A DNA stretch of 40,917 nt from Synechococcus sp. (GTDB lineage Bacteria > Cyanobacteriota > Cyanobacteriia > PCC-6307 > Cyanobiaceae): contig JBGKDM010000256.1 in the NCBI GenBank assembly GCA_042954165.1, forward strand, positions 1 through 40,917. The letters run 5' to 3'. The position numbers and the translations under genes are program-made. Position 1 is the first letter of the stretch. Every line of letters starts with the position of its first letter. Of this stretch, positions 17,859 through 27,534 are shown piece by piece. Under the pieces are notes generated by a model that worked only from the letters and a program-made list of their open reading frames with translations, searched no databases and was not told the DNA's origin.

Positions 17859-20800
17859 TCATGTCAACAGACGACGCCACGCTCCCCTCGATGCTCTCGA
17901 CCTCTGCCCAGACCCCAGAGAGCAACCGGTCGAGGTTCCCCGCGACCGATGCGAGTGGCGCTCACCTTCTGCAGCACCGCCTGGCCCTGGTCGAAGACCT
18001 CTGGGAAACCGTTCTTCGGAGCGAATGTCCCCCTGACCAGGCCGAAAGGCTGCTGCGCATGAAGCAGCTCAGCGACCCTGTCGCCAGCGATGGGGCTGCC
18101 GTCAGCAGCGATGCAGTCGCCCAGCTGATCCGCGAGATGGATCTTGTCGAGGCCATCGCGGCGGCACGCGCCTTCTCCCTGTATTTCCAGCTGGTGAACA
18201 TCCTCGAGCAGAGGATCGAGGAAGACAGCTATCTGGCGAGTATGAGCCGCTCCCAGGAGCACGCGGAGCCGATCAATCCCTTCGCTCCTCCTCTCGCCAG
18301 CCAGACCGAACCGGCAACCTTCCGCGAACTGTTCGAGCGGCTGCGCCATCTCAACGTGCCTCCGGCCCATCTGGAGTCCCTGCTGCAGGATCTCGACATC
18401 CGCCTGGTGTTCACCGCCCATCCGACTGAGATCGTGCGTCACACCGTGCGTCACAAACAGCGCAGGGTGGCCACGCTGTTGCAGCAGCTGCAGGCCTCTC
18501 CGGCACCGACCAGTGGCGAGCGGGCAAGCCTTCGCCTGCAGCTGGAGGAGGAGATCCGCCTCTGGTGGCGCACTGATGAACTGCACCAGTTCAAGCCCAC
18601 TGTTCTGGACGAAGTGGACTACGCGCTTCACTACTTCCAGCAGGTGCTGTTTGATGCGATGCCCCAGCTGCGGCGCCGGATCAGCAGTGCTCTGTCAGAC
18701 AGCTATCCAGACGTTCGGCTGCCGCCATCGGGATTCTGCACCTTCGGATCCTGGGTTGGTTCCGACCGGGACGGCAACCCCTCGGTCACTCCCGGCATCA
18801 CCTGGAGGACAGCCTGCTACCAGCGGCAGCTGATGCTCGAGCGGTACATCGCGGCTGTTCAGGCGCTGCGTGATCAGCTCAGCATTTCCATGCAGTGGAG
18901 CCAGGTGAGCGCACCCCTGCTCGAGTCCCTCGAGATGGATCGCCTGCGTTTCCCCGAGGTCTACGAGGAGCGGGCAGCCCGGTACCGGCTCGAACCGTAC
19001 CGGCTCAAACTCAGCTACATGCTTCAGCGCCTGCAGCTCACGAAGCAACGCAACCAGCAACTCGAAGAGGCCGGGTGGCAGACCCCTCCCGAGGGACTGG
19101 TCTCCCAGACGACGCTGGCAACCGGAGGTGAGGCTCTCCACTACGGGTCGGTCGAGGAGTTCCGCAGTGATCTTGAACTGATCCGCAACAGCCTGGTGAG
19201 CACCGAGCTGAGCTGTGAACCGCTGGACACTCTTCTGACCCAGGTCCATATCTTCGGCTTCTCGCTCGCCAGCCTGGACATTCGTCAGGAGAGCACCCGC
19301 CACAGCGATGCCCTTGATGAGCTGAGTCGCTACCTGCGCTTGCCGACGGCCTACGGGGAGATGGATGAACCCGAGAGAGTGGCCTGGTTGCTCGAGGAGA
19401 TGCAGACCCGCCGCCCGCTGATCCCGCCTGGGGTCGAATGGTCAACGGCTACGGCGGAGACGATTGCCGTCTTCCGGATGCTGCACCGCCTGCAGGAGGA
19501 GTTCGGCAGCCGGATCTGCCGCACCTATGTGATCTCGATGAGTCACACGGTCTCCGACCTCCTGGAGGTGCTGCTTCTGGCCAAGGAAGCCGGGCTTGTC
19601 GACCCTGCCGCCGAACATGCCGACCTGCTTGTGGTGCCCCTCTTCGAGACGGTGGAGGATCTCCAACGGGCTCCCGAGGTGATGGAAGAGCTTTTCGGGA
19701 ATGAGCTCTACCGCCAGTTGCTCCCAAGGGTCGGAGGGCAGACGCAGCCCCTGCAGGAGCTGATGCTGGGGTATTCCGACAGCAACAAGGATTCAGGCTT
19801 CCTCTCGAGCAACTGGGAGATCCACCAGGCCCAGATCGCCCTGCAGGATCTCGCAAGCCGACACGGCGTCGCGCTCAGGCTCTTCCACGGACGCGGCGGT
19901 TCGGTGGGCCGGGGTGGTGGACCCGCCTATCAGGCAATCCTCGCCCAACCGAGCGGAACCCTCCAGGGGCGCATCAAGATCACGGAACAGGGCGAGGTGC
20001 TGGCCTCGAAATACAGCCTTCCGGAACTGGCGCTCTACAACCTCGAAACCGTCAGCACCGCTGTCGTGCAGAACAGTTTGGTCACCAACCAGCTGGATGC
20101 AACGCCGAGCTGGAATGAGCTGATGGCTCGCCTGGCGGCGCGCTCACGCACCCACTACCGCGCCCTCGTGCACGACAACCCTGATCTGGTGGCGTTCTTC
20201 CAGCAGGTCACCCCCATCGAGGAGATCAGCAAGCTTCAGATTTCCAGCCGGCCTGCGCGCCGCAAGTCCGGTGCCAAGGACCTCTCGAGCCTCCGGGCCA
20301 TTCCCTGGGTCTTCGGCTGGACCCAGAGCCGTTTCCTGCTTCCAAGCTGGTTCGGTGTCGGCACCGCACTGGCGGAGGAAGTGGCATCGGATCCTGAGCA
20401 ACTCGACGTGCTGCGGCGGTTGCATCAGCGCTGGCCCTTCTTCCGGATGCTGATCTCGAAGGTGGAGATGACCCTGTCGAAAGTTGACCTCGAACTGGCC
20501 AGGCATTACGTGACAAGCCTGGGCAGCGCCGACCACCGCGAGGCCTTTGAGCGGATCTACGCGACGATTGCCAAGGAACACGCCCTCACGTTGAAGCTGG
20601 TCCTGGACATCACTGGCCAGGAACGACTCCTCGATGGCGATCCAGGTCTTCAGCTCTCAGTCGATCTGCGCAATCGCACGATCGTGCCCTTGGGGTTCCT
20701 CCAGGTGGCACTGTTGCGTCGCCTGCGCGACCAGAACCGTCAGCCACCCATGCGCGAAGCCTCCACCGGAACGGGTGATGGCCGCACCTACAGCCGCAGC

Positions 20801-20866
20801 GAGCTGCTCCGCGGAGCCCTTCTCACGATTAACGGCATCGCCGCAGGCATGCGCAACACGGGTTAA
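17855..20866 (+). CDS. ppc: Phosphoenolpyruvate carboxylase
   Basis: [52 protein letters not shown] and C-terminal MRNTG. Confidence 0.99.
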   Translation: MIMSTDDATLPSMLSTSAQTPESNRSRFPATDASGAHLLQHRLALVEDLWETVLRSECPPDQAERLLRMKQLSDPVASDGAAVSSDAVAQLIREMDLVEAIAAARAFSLYFQLVNILEQRIEEDSYLASMSRSQEHAEPINPFAPPLASQTEPATFRELFERLRHLNVPPAHLESLLQDLDIRLVFTAHPTEIVRHTVRHKQRRVATLLQQLQASPAPTSGERASLRLQLEEEIRLWWRTDELHQFKPTVLDEVDYALHYFQQVLFDAMPQLRRRISSALSDSYPDVRLPPSGFCTFGSWVGSDRDGNPSVTPGITWRTACYQRQLMLERYIAAVQALRDQLSISMQWSQVSAPLLESLEMDRLRFPEVYEERAARYRLEPYRLKLSYMLQRLQLTKQRNQQLEEAGWQTPPEGLVSQTTLATGGEALHYGSVEEFRSDLELIRNSLVSTELSCEPLDTLLTQVHIFGFSLASLDIRQESTRHSDALDELSRYLRLPTAYGEMDEPERVAWLLEEMQTRRPLIPPGVEWSTATAETIAVFRMLHRLQEEFGSRICRTYVISMSHTVSDLLEVLLLAKEAGLVDPAAEHADLLVVPLFETVEDLQRAPEVMEELFGNELYRQLLPRVGGQTQPLQELMLGYSDSNKDSGFLSSNWEIHQAQIALQDLASRHGVALRLFHGRGGSVGRGGGPAYQAILAQPSGTLQGRIKITEQGEVLASKYSLPELALYNLETVSTAVVQNSLVTNQLDATPSWNELMARLAARSRTHYRALVHDNPDLVAFFQQVTPIEEISKLQISSRPARRKSGAKDLSSLRAIPWVFGWTQSRFLLPSWFGVGTALAEEVASDPEQLDVLRRLHQRWPFFRMLISKVEMTLSKVDLELARHYVTSLGSADHREAFERIYATIAKEHALTLKLVLDITGQERLLDGDPGLQLSVDLRNRTIVPLGFLQVALLRRLRDQNRQPPMREASTGTGDGRTYSRSELLRGALLTINGIAAGMRNTG

Positions 20867-21328
20867 GTGGTCTTCCTTCCCTTTCGCCAGCAGCCGCCGA
20901 CCCCTGCCGTGCCGGAGGGCTTTGAGCTGGTCCGCGACCTCAACCCTTCAGCGGAGGCGATTAACCAGCTTCTTGCCGCCTGTTCGGAACCGATTCCGGA
21001 CCCGGAACGGTGGCAGAAGGCACTCGACAACAGCTTCACCCACTTCTGCATCCTGGAGACCGGCACGGGAGACCTGGTCGGCTTCGTTCGCATCACCAGC
21101 GATCAGGCCTTGAACGCCAATCTCTGGAACCTCGCAGCCCGACCGGGACCGCACCAGGAGGTCCTGATCGGAGTGCTCGTCCATCGGGCCCTCAGCGGCC
21201 TGCGCCGAGAACTGCCTGGGTGCAGCGTCTCAATCGCCGCACCCAAAACCGCCCTTCATTCGCTCAAACAACAGGGATTCGTGCTGGATCCCGGTGGCAT
21301 CAGAGCCATGGGACTGAGGCTCCGTTGA
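20867..21328 (+). CDS. GNAT-fold protein (N-acetyltransferase-like)
   Basis: LVGFVRITSDQALNANLWNLA and C-terminal QQGFVLDPGGIRAM resemble Ycf52-like GNATs. GTG follows the ppc TAA directly. Confidence 0.75.
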   Translation: MVFLPFRQQPPTPAVPEGFELVRDLNPSAEAINQLLAACSEPIPDPERWQKALDNSFTHFCILETGTGDLVGFVRITSDQALNANLWNLAARPGPHQEVLIGVLVHRALSGLRRELPGCSVSIAAPKTALHSLKQQGFVLDPGGIRAMGLRLR

Positions 21329-21345
21329 CCGGCAGAGCCTGAACA

Positions 21346-21419
21346 CGAGCATGGCAGGACTCGAACCTGCGACCCTCAGAACCGGAATCTGATGCTCTAT
21401 CCAACTGAGCTACATGCCC
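21346..21419 (-). tRNA. tRNA-Arg (CCG)
   Basis: Minus strand GGGCATGTAGCTCAGTTGGATAGAGCATCAGATTCCGGTTCTGAGGGTCGCAGGTTCGAGTCCTGCCATGCTCG; anticodon CCG. Confidence 0.97.
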
Positions 21420-21501
21420 ACACCGGCTGACGCCGCTGCATGAAGTTGCCCCACAGGGAACTCCGATGCAGGTACCTTAGCCACACGCCGCACCGGGACC
21501 G

Positions 21502-22620
21502 ATTCAGCTTCTCCAGCTGGAACTGCAGGGCTTTCGCAATTACGGCCATCTGCAGCTGGAGATCGAGGCGCCCCGGCTGCTGGTGATCGGTCGCAATGGT
21601 GTCGGTAAATCCAATCTGCTCGAATCCGTCGAGCTGCTTGGAAGTCTCCGTTCCCACCGGGCCAGTCAGGACCAGGATCTGATCCACTGGGATGCGAATC
21701 AGGCGGTTCTCAAGGCGCGAACCGCTGATGACGATGCCCTTGAACTGCACCTCCGGCGCCGGGGAGGACGGCAGGCCAGACGCAACGGGAAAACCCTTGG
21801 ACGTCAGCTCGATCTGATCGGTCCTCTGCGCTGCGTTGGCTTCAGTGCCCTGGATCTTCTCCTGGTGCGAGGCGAACCGGCTCTCCGACGCCAGTGGCTG
21901 GATCGGGTCGTGCTTCAGCTTGAACCGATTTATGCCGATCTGATGGGCAGGTACGGCCGTCTGCTGCGACAGAGGGCCCAGCTCTGGAGACAGGGACGCC
22001 TGATGCCGAAAGCGGAGCGGAATGCCCTGCTCGACACCTTCGATCTGCAGATGGCCCTGATCAGCACACGGATTCATCGCCGCCGCCGCCGTGCTCTGGC
22101 CAGACTTCAACCTCTCGCGAACCGATGGCAGTCCCACCTCAGTCAGGGGAGGGAAGCGCTGTGGCTGCGCTATCAGCCAGGCAGTCGACTGGAGGGAGAA
22201 GAAGCTGAGGACACGTGGCGCCTGGCGATCACAGAGCAGCTCAGACAGCAACGCCACGACGAGGAACGTCTCGGCAGCTGCCGGGTGGGGCCCCATCGTG
22301 ACGAAATCAGCTTCGAGCTCAATGCCACTGCAGCGCGGCGCTTTGCCTCAGCAGGGCAGCAGAGAACTCTGGTGCTGGCTCTGAAGCTTGCTGAGCTGGA
22401 GCTCGTCGGAGAGCTCTGGGGGCAACCACCGTTGCTCCTGCTCGACGATGTCCTGGCGGAGCTGGATCCCGAGCGTCAGCTGACGCTGCTCGAGGCCGTC
22501 GGCGACAACCACCAGTGCCTGGTCAGTGCCACGCACCTCGATGCCTTCGAGGGCGAGTGGTGCCGTCATTCGCAGCTGCTTGATGCCGGCACATTGAATC
22601 CTGAAGCAAATGTGAGCTAA
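21502..22620 (+). CDS. recF: DNA replication/repair protein RecF (probable non-canonical start)
   Basis: Walker [21 protein letters not shown] and [12 protein letters not shown]. The conserved N-terminal strand [14 protein letters not shown] lies in frame upstream of GTG 21583. Confidence 0.93.
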   Translation: MQLLQLELQGFRNYGHLQLEIEAPRLLVIGRNGVGKSNLLESVELLGSLRSHRASQDQDLIHWDANQAVLKARTADDDALELHLRRRGGRQARRNGKTLGRQLDLIGPLRCVGFSALDLLLVRGEPALRRQWLDRVVLQLEPIYADLMGRYGRLLRQRAQLWRQGRLMPKAERNALLDTFDLQMALISTRIHRRRRRALARLQPLANRWQSHLSQGREALWLRYQPGSRLEGEEAEDTWRLAITEQLRQQRHDEERLGSCRVGPHRDEISFELNATAARRFASAGQQRTLVLALKLAELELVGELWGQPPLLLLDDVLAELDPERQLTLLEAVGDNHQCLVSATHLDAFEGEWCRHSQLLDAGTLNPEANVS

Positions 22621-22649
22621 CGTTTCAAACTCTTTTCATCTTCATCCTG

Positions 22650-23138
22650 ATGAAGCAGAACCTGTCTTGCCTGCATCCCAACCCGGGATGGGGCGGCGGA
22701 GACACCACTTCGGCCCTCAGTTCCACCACACCCAGTGCCACCGACATGGTGGGGAAACACTGCATCCTCGAGCTTTACGACTGCGACCAGGACAAGCTCG
22801 ACAACGAAGTCTTCCTCAGGGACGCCATCACAACAGCAGCCAAGAGCGCTGGCGCCACCCTGCTCAATCTGATCACCCACCGCTTCGAACCGCAGGGTGT
22901 GACTGGACTGGCCCTCCTGGCTGAATCCCACATCTCCATTCACACCTGGCCGGAAAGCGGCTATGCCGCCGTTGATGTGTTCACCTGCGGGGATCACACC
23001 ATGCCCGAGCGGGCCTGTGACGTGCTGCGTTGCGCCCTCAGTGCCCAACATCACCAGATGAAGAGCTTCCTGCGCGAAACACCGGCTGCCATCGCGACGG
23101 CTCCGCGTGATCCTCGCTTGATGGCTGCCGCGGTCTGA
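22650..23138 (+). CDS. speD: S-adenosylmethionine decarboxylase proenzyme (pyruvoyl type)
   Basis: [19 protein letters not shown], cleavage site LAE|[10 protein letters not shown] and DVFTCG. Arginine decarboxylase activity is known in this family and cannot be excluded. Confidence 0.9.
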   Translation: MKQNLSCLHPNPGWGGGDTTSALSSTTPSATDMVGKHCILELYDCDQDKLDNEVFLRDAITTAAKSAGATLLNLITHRFEPQGVTGLALLAESHISIHTWPESGYAAVDVFTCGDHTMPERACDVLRCALSAQHHQMKSFLRETPAAIATAPRDPRLMAAAV

Positions 23139-23160
23139 ATCCACACCCTCCCAAGCACCC

Positions 23161-23198
23161 AAGCCCCCCGAATCCGCATCAGGGTCTGGGGGCTTTTT
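23161..23198 (+). terminator. Rho-independent terminator after speD
   Basis: AAGCCCCC...GGGGGCTT stem followed by a T-tract; the loop is large or imperfect. Confidence 0.65.
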
Positions 23199-23255
23199 GA
23201 TGGCTGCGATCAGGCATGCCCAGGAAGGGATGGAAATTGTTGAAACCGGCCCAAC

Positions 23256-24113
23256 TCAGCCCCGATTCAATTTGCCGCTGATCAGCCCCTCCAGATCAAG
23301 ACTCACGGCCGTGAAACCAAGATTCAGAAAGGTCTTCACCAGAAGGCTGCGATCAGGGTGCTGGGAGAGGGTCACGATCTGATCTGCGGGGACTTCAATC
23401 CGCGCCGACGATCCCTGACTGCGCACCCGGACTTCAGGGAAGCCATGATCAAGCAACCAGGCTTCCGCCTCAGCAACCCTGGCAAGACGCGACGCATCAA
23501 TGGTTTCTCCGTAAGGGAAACGCGAAGCCAGGCAGGGCTGAGCGGGCTTATCCCACCAGGGAAGGCCCAGGGCGCGAGAGATCGACCGGACCTCCTCCTT
23601 GCTGACCGCAAGATCGGCGAGGGGAGAGCACACCCCGGCCTCCCGGGCAGCCTGTATGCCGGGGCGATGGTCGCTGAGATCATCGGCATTGACCCCGTCC
23701 AGCACCTGCGCACCCTCAGCGGCACTGGCGAGGGGGGCCAGGTGCCGGTGCAATTCCCGCTTGCAGGCGTAGCAGCGGTCGATGGGATTGCTGCTGTAGG
23801 AGGGGTCAAGAAGTTCCTGGGTCTGAACCTCCTGGTGACGGATTCCCAGCCAGACAGCCTGCAGCCTGGCTTCCTTCAACAGATGCGGCGCCAGAGCGGG
23901 GGAGACCCCCGTGATGGCTGTCGCCCGGCCCCCCAGTTGTTCCTGGGCGATGGTGGCCACCAGAGCACTGTCCACCCCACCCGAGTAGGCGACACAGACC
24001 CGGCCATGGCTTCGCATGACGGCACGCAGCCGATCAAGTTTCTGATGCTGAAGCTGACTGAGGGGCTCGAGCAGACGGAAGACCCGGCCTTCCCCTTCGG
24101 CGTCGGTCTGCAT
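23256..24113 (-). CDS. larE: LarE-family ATP-dependent sulfur insertase (PP-loop)
   Basis: AYSGGVDS, RCYACK, DHRPG and KPAQPCLASRFPYG. Start at ATG 24113 (GTG 24131 alternative). Confidence 0.9.
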   Translation of the reverse strand: MQTDAEGEGRVFRLLEPLSQLQHQKLDRLRAVMRSHGRVCVAYSGGVDSALVATIAQEQLGGRATAITGVSPALAPHLLKEARLQAVWLGIRHQEVQTQELLDPSYSSNPIDRCYACKRELHRHLAPLASAAEGAQVLDGVNADDLSDHRPGIQAAREAGVCSPLADLAVSKEEVRSISRALGLPWWDKPAQPCLASRFPYGETIDASRLARVAEAEAWLLDHGFPEVRVRSQGSSARIEVPADQIVTLSQHPDRSLLVKTFLNLGFTAVSLDLEGLISGKLNRG

Positions 24114-24236
24114 CAGGCGAACGTCGCGCACGGATGATCTGAACCGGGTCCCAGCAGGCTAAAGCTGTTTGAGCGCCCACGGAAACGCCCGGATCCGGCC
24201 CGCACTCGGTAAGCTCCGGATGCTCAAGGTTGGTCC

Positions 24237-25394
24237 ATGGCAGGCAATCGCAGACCAGCCGTCGGCATCGTGACCGCCGCGGACAGCCGGGAGCGCAGCC
24301 ACGGTCAACTCCACATCTACGACGGCGAGGGAAAAGGCAAAAGTCAGGCCGCTCTCGGAGTCGTGCTCCGCACGATCGGCCTTGGAATCTGTGAACAGCG
24401 CCGCACCCGCGTGCTCCTGCTCCGTTTTCTCAAGGGGCCGGGCCGCGCTTATGACGAAGATGCGGCAATCGAGGCCCTTCAGCAGGGGTTTCCCCATCTG
24501 ATTGATCAGGTGCGCACGGGACGGGGGGAACATTTCGGTGCCGATGACATCACCCGGTTCGATCGGCAGGAGGCGCAGCGGGGCTGGGATATCGCCAAAG
24601 GAGCGATTGCGAGCGCTCTTTACTCCGTGGTGGTGCTCGACGAGCTGAACCCCGTTCTGGATCTCGGACTCCTGGACATTGAGGACGTGGTCAGCAGCCT
24701 GCAGGCCAGGCCGGAGGGAATGGAGATCATCGTGACCGGTCGGGGCGCCCCACGCTCTCTGGTTCAGATGGCGGATCTGCATTCGGAAATGCGCGCACAC
24801 CGGCGGCCTGATCCAAATGAGGACAGCCTGCGCTTCGATGCCCAGGGTGCCATTGAGATCTACACCGGCGAAGGCAAAGGGAAATCAACCAGTGCCCTGG
24901 GGAAGGCACTGCAGGCCATCGGCAGGGGCATCAGCCAGGACAAAAGCCATCGTGTGCTGATCCTGCAATGGCTCAAGGGTGGAAGCGGATACACCGAAGA
25001 TGCCGCCATCGCAGCCTTACGCGAGAGCTACCCCCATCTGGTCGATCACCTGCGATCAGGCCGTGATGCGATCGTCTGGCGGGGCCAGCAGGAACCGATC
25101 GACTACGTGGAAGCGGAGCGGGCCTGGGAGATTGCCAGGGCCGCCATCTCAAGCGGGCTCTACAAGACCGTGATCCTCGACGAACTCAATCCCAGCGTGG
25201 ATCTGGAACTGCTTCCCGTGGAGCCGATCATGCAGACCTTGCTCCGCAAACCAGCTGAAACAGAGGTCATCATCACCGGACGTTGCAAGAACCCTCCGGC
25301 CTACTTCGACCTCGCCAGTGTTTACTCCGAGATGGTGTGCCACAAGCACTACGCCGAACAGGGAGTCGACCTGAAGCGGGGCGTGGATTACTGA
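24237..25394 (+). CDS. cobO: Cob(I)alamin adenosyltransferase (CobO/BtuR type), two tandem domains
   Basis: Two copies of IYxGEGKGKS...LKG...VxLDELN...TGR; ends GVDLKRGVDY. Confidence 0.92.
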   Translation: MAGNRRPAVGIVTAADSRERSHGQLHIYDGEGKGKSQAALGVVLRTIGLGICEQRRTRVLLLRFLKGPGRAYDEDAAIEALQQGFPHLIDQVRTGRGEHFGADDITRFDRQEAQRGWDIAKGAIASALYSVVVLDELNPVLDLGLLDIEDVVSSLQARPEGMEIIVTGRGAPRSLVQMADLHSEMRAHRRPDPNEDSLRFDAQGAIEIYTGEGKGKSTSALGKALQAIGRGISQDKSHRVLILQWLKGGSGYTEDAAIAALRESYPHLVDHLRSGRDAIVWRGQQEPIDYVEAERAWEIARAAISSGLYKTVILDELNPSVDLELLPVEPIMQTLLRKPAETEVIITGRCKNPPAYFDLASVYSEMVCHKHYAEQGVDLKRGVDY

Positions 25395-25429
25395 GGGGCT
25401 GCAAGCACTGGCGTCGCTGCCGGGGCCTT

Positions 25430-26572
25430 TCAGTACCGGGGGACGGAGGGATCAACCTCCCGTGACCAGGCATCAATCCCTCCGCTCACATTGACGGCAG
25501 CGATTCCATGGTTCTGCAGCAGTTGAACCGCCTTGGCGGAGCGGCCGCCAAGCTTGCAGTGCACGATGAGCGTTGCCTCGGATGCGAGTGCGCGAATCCG
25601 CTCAAGCGCCTCCCCACTCTCGATGGTGGAGAGCGGAATCAGCTCCGCACCAGGGATGACCGCCACCTCGGCCTCCGGCGGATTGCGGACATCGACAAGC
25701 GCCAGCGGCTCCCCTGCATCCAGCCGATGCTTGAGTTCGACAACGCTGATGCTGTCCATGGCAACTGGATCCTCTGAATGGGCGTCCGACACGCCACAGA
25801 ACGCCTCATAGTCAATCAGTTCCTCCACTGCAGCCCTGCCTGGGATCGGAGCAAGACGCAACTCCCGGAAGCGCATCGTCAACCCGTCCACCAGCAGCAA
25901 CCGCCCATCAAGGGGCTTCCCGATACCTGTGATCACCTTGATCGCCTCAGTCGCCTGAAGCACGCCGATCAGTCCCGGCATCACCCCGAGCACGCCGCCC
26001 TCAGCGCAGGACGGAATCAGACCAGGAGGAGGCGGCTCAGGCACGAGGTCTCTGTAGTTCGGACTCGAAGTCGTCAGATTGAAGACACTCACCTGGCCCT
26101 CAAACCCCTGCACCGAGCCATACACAAACGGCTTACCGAGGAGGCTGCAGGCATCATTGATCAGGTAGCGACTCGGGAAGTTGTCCGTGCCATCGCAGAT
26201 CAGGTCGTAGGCCGCGACAAGAGTCAGGGCGTTGTCGGCGGTGAGGCGGAGATTGTGCGTCTCCACGTGGCAATGGGGATTCAGATCACGCAGGCGCGCC
26301 TGGGCCGACGCCGTTTTCGTCTGTCCAACGGTGTTGCTGCCATGGATCACCTGTCGCTGCAGGTTGGAGGCATCCACCACATCGAAATCAACAATGCCGA
26401 TGCGACCGACACCAGCCGCTGCAAGGTAAAGAAGCAGGGGTGAGCCGAGTCCACCACTGCCAATACAGAGCACAGACGCGGCCTTGATGCGTCGCTGACC
26501 CTCCAGCCCCACCTGCGGAAGGGTGAGATGGCGCGCATAGCGGGCACGCTCCTCGGAGGTCAGGTCCGGCAT
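25430..26572 (-). CDS. moeB: ThiF/MoeB adenylyltransferase fused to rhodanese (MoeZ/Uba4-like)
   Basis: RYARHL, GSGGLG, DVVDASNLQRQ, DGTDNF, PSCAEGG and rhodanese HCKLGGRS. Start at ATG 26572 (26590 alternative). Confidence 0.93.
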   Translation of the reverse strand: MPDLTSEERARYARHLTLPQVGLEGQRRIKAASVLCIGSGGLGSPLLLYLAAAGVGRIGIVDFDVVDASNLQRQVIHGSNTVGQTKTASAQARLRDLNPHCHVETHNLRLTADNALTLVAAYDLICDGTDNFPSRYLINDACSLLGKPFVYGSVQGFEGQVSVFNLTTSSPNYRDLVPEPPPPGLIPSCAEGGVLGVMPGLIGVLQATEAIKVITGIGKPLDGRLLLVDGLTMRFRELRLAPIPGRAAVEELIDYEAFCGVSDAHSEDPVAMDSISVVELKHRLDAGEPLALVDVRNPPEAEVAVIPGAELIPLSTIESGEALERIRALASEATLIVHCKLGGRSAKAVQLLQNHGIAAVNVSGGIDAWSREVDPSVPRY

Positions 26573-26624
26573 GGAGTCCGGGCCGGCCATAGGGTCGCTG
26601 GGCACAGCGAAGCAGAAGGCATCT

Positions 26625-27131
26625 TCAGCCAGTGTCTTGCACCACCGATGTCCTGGGAAGAACCTCTGGTTCCAGCCACCAGGCGCGGATGGACTGATCA
26701 GCGCCGAGGATCATCATCAGCCCCGGTTCCCGCACCCAACGTCGATCCGTTCTTGACGGCACGGCATCACCAGCTGGATGGGAATGGGCGCTTCCGATCA
26801 CAGATAACCCGCGCGCCCGGGCCCAGCGCTGTGCATGCAATTGCTCACGCGCATCGACCAGAAATCGCGTGCAGCGTGACAGCTCCATCGACCCACTCGA
26901 AGCCTGGCCCCTTGATTCAGGCAGCGCATCCAGGCCGGCTGTCCAGACATTGCAACAGGGCCAGACCGTGCGAAGGCACCAACCATCCACATGCCGATGA
27001 CCGATCAGAAGCCCGCAGCCCTCCTGGGGATGCACGGCACGGAGCGTGCGGTCCAAAACCATCAGCACATCGGCATCGAACGTCAGCAGCCATGGCGTCC
27101 TGGCCGGTTGACCGATACGCTCAATCCACAT
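26625..27131 (-). CDS. M67/JAB (MPN+/JAMM) metallopeptidase
   Basis: PQEGCGLL and HSHPAGDAVPSRTD form an intact JAMM motif. Start uncertain. Confidence 0.88.
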   Translation of the reverse strand: MWIERIGQPARTPWLLTFDADVLMVLDRTLRAVHPQEGCGLLIGHRHVDGWCLRTVWPCCNVWTAGLDALPESRGQASSGSMELSRCTRFLVDAREQLHAQRWARARGLSVIGSAHSHPAGDAVPSRTDRRWVREPGLMMILGADQSIRAWWLEPEVLPRTSVVQDTG

Positions 27132-27151
27132 CTGGCTTGCAACACACGTTC

Positions 27152-27532
27152 ATGATTGAGGACAGCACTGCGGTCAAAGAGCCCGTAACAGCCGACGCCA
27201 CCCCTGCTGGCGACTCCGCTGAAAGCGTCAATTTCACCGAGCGCTACAGCGAAGTGCTCGGGAAAGTGAACGAAACCCTCGATCAGGTCGACTGGAGCCA
27301 GGTGGGCCGCATCGGCAAGGTTGTCGGTATTTTCGCTGCGGTGATCGTGGCGCAGATCCTGATCAAGGGCATTCTCGACACCATCAATCTGCTGCCTGTG
27401 GTCCCCGGCCTGCTCGAACTGCTCGGTGTCGTGGTCGTCGGTCAGTGGAGCTGGAAGAACCTCACCACCAGCGACAAGCGCACGGCACTTCTGACCCAGG
27501 TTCAGACGCTTCGTAAGGAATACCTCGGCTGA
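27152..27532 (+). CDS. curT: CAAD/CURT1 thylakoid curvature protein
   Basis: Acidic N-terminus, two TM segments around DTINLLPVVPGLLELLG, then WKNL...KR. Start at ATG 27152. Confidence 0.85.
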   Translation: MIEDSTAVKEPVTADATPAGDSAESVNFTERYSEVLGKVNETLDQVDWSQVGRIGKVVGIFAAVIVAQILIKGILDTINLLPVVPGLLELLGVVVVGQWSWKNLTTSDKRTALLTQVQTLRKEYLG

Positions 27533-27534
27533 AT

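Noticed and set aside
25430-27131. E1 plus JAB as a CBASS or bacterial ubiquitination defence system
   Set aside because: There is no E2, CD-NTase or effector. The rhodanese fusion and core-genome context indicate sulfur transfer.
26528-27151. 334-aa version of the CAAD protein
   Set aside because: The upstream part is antisense to the JAB peptidase and has no protein-like features.
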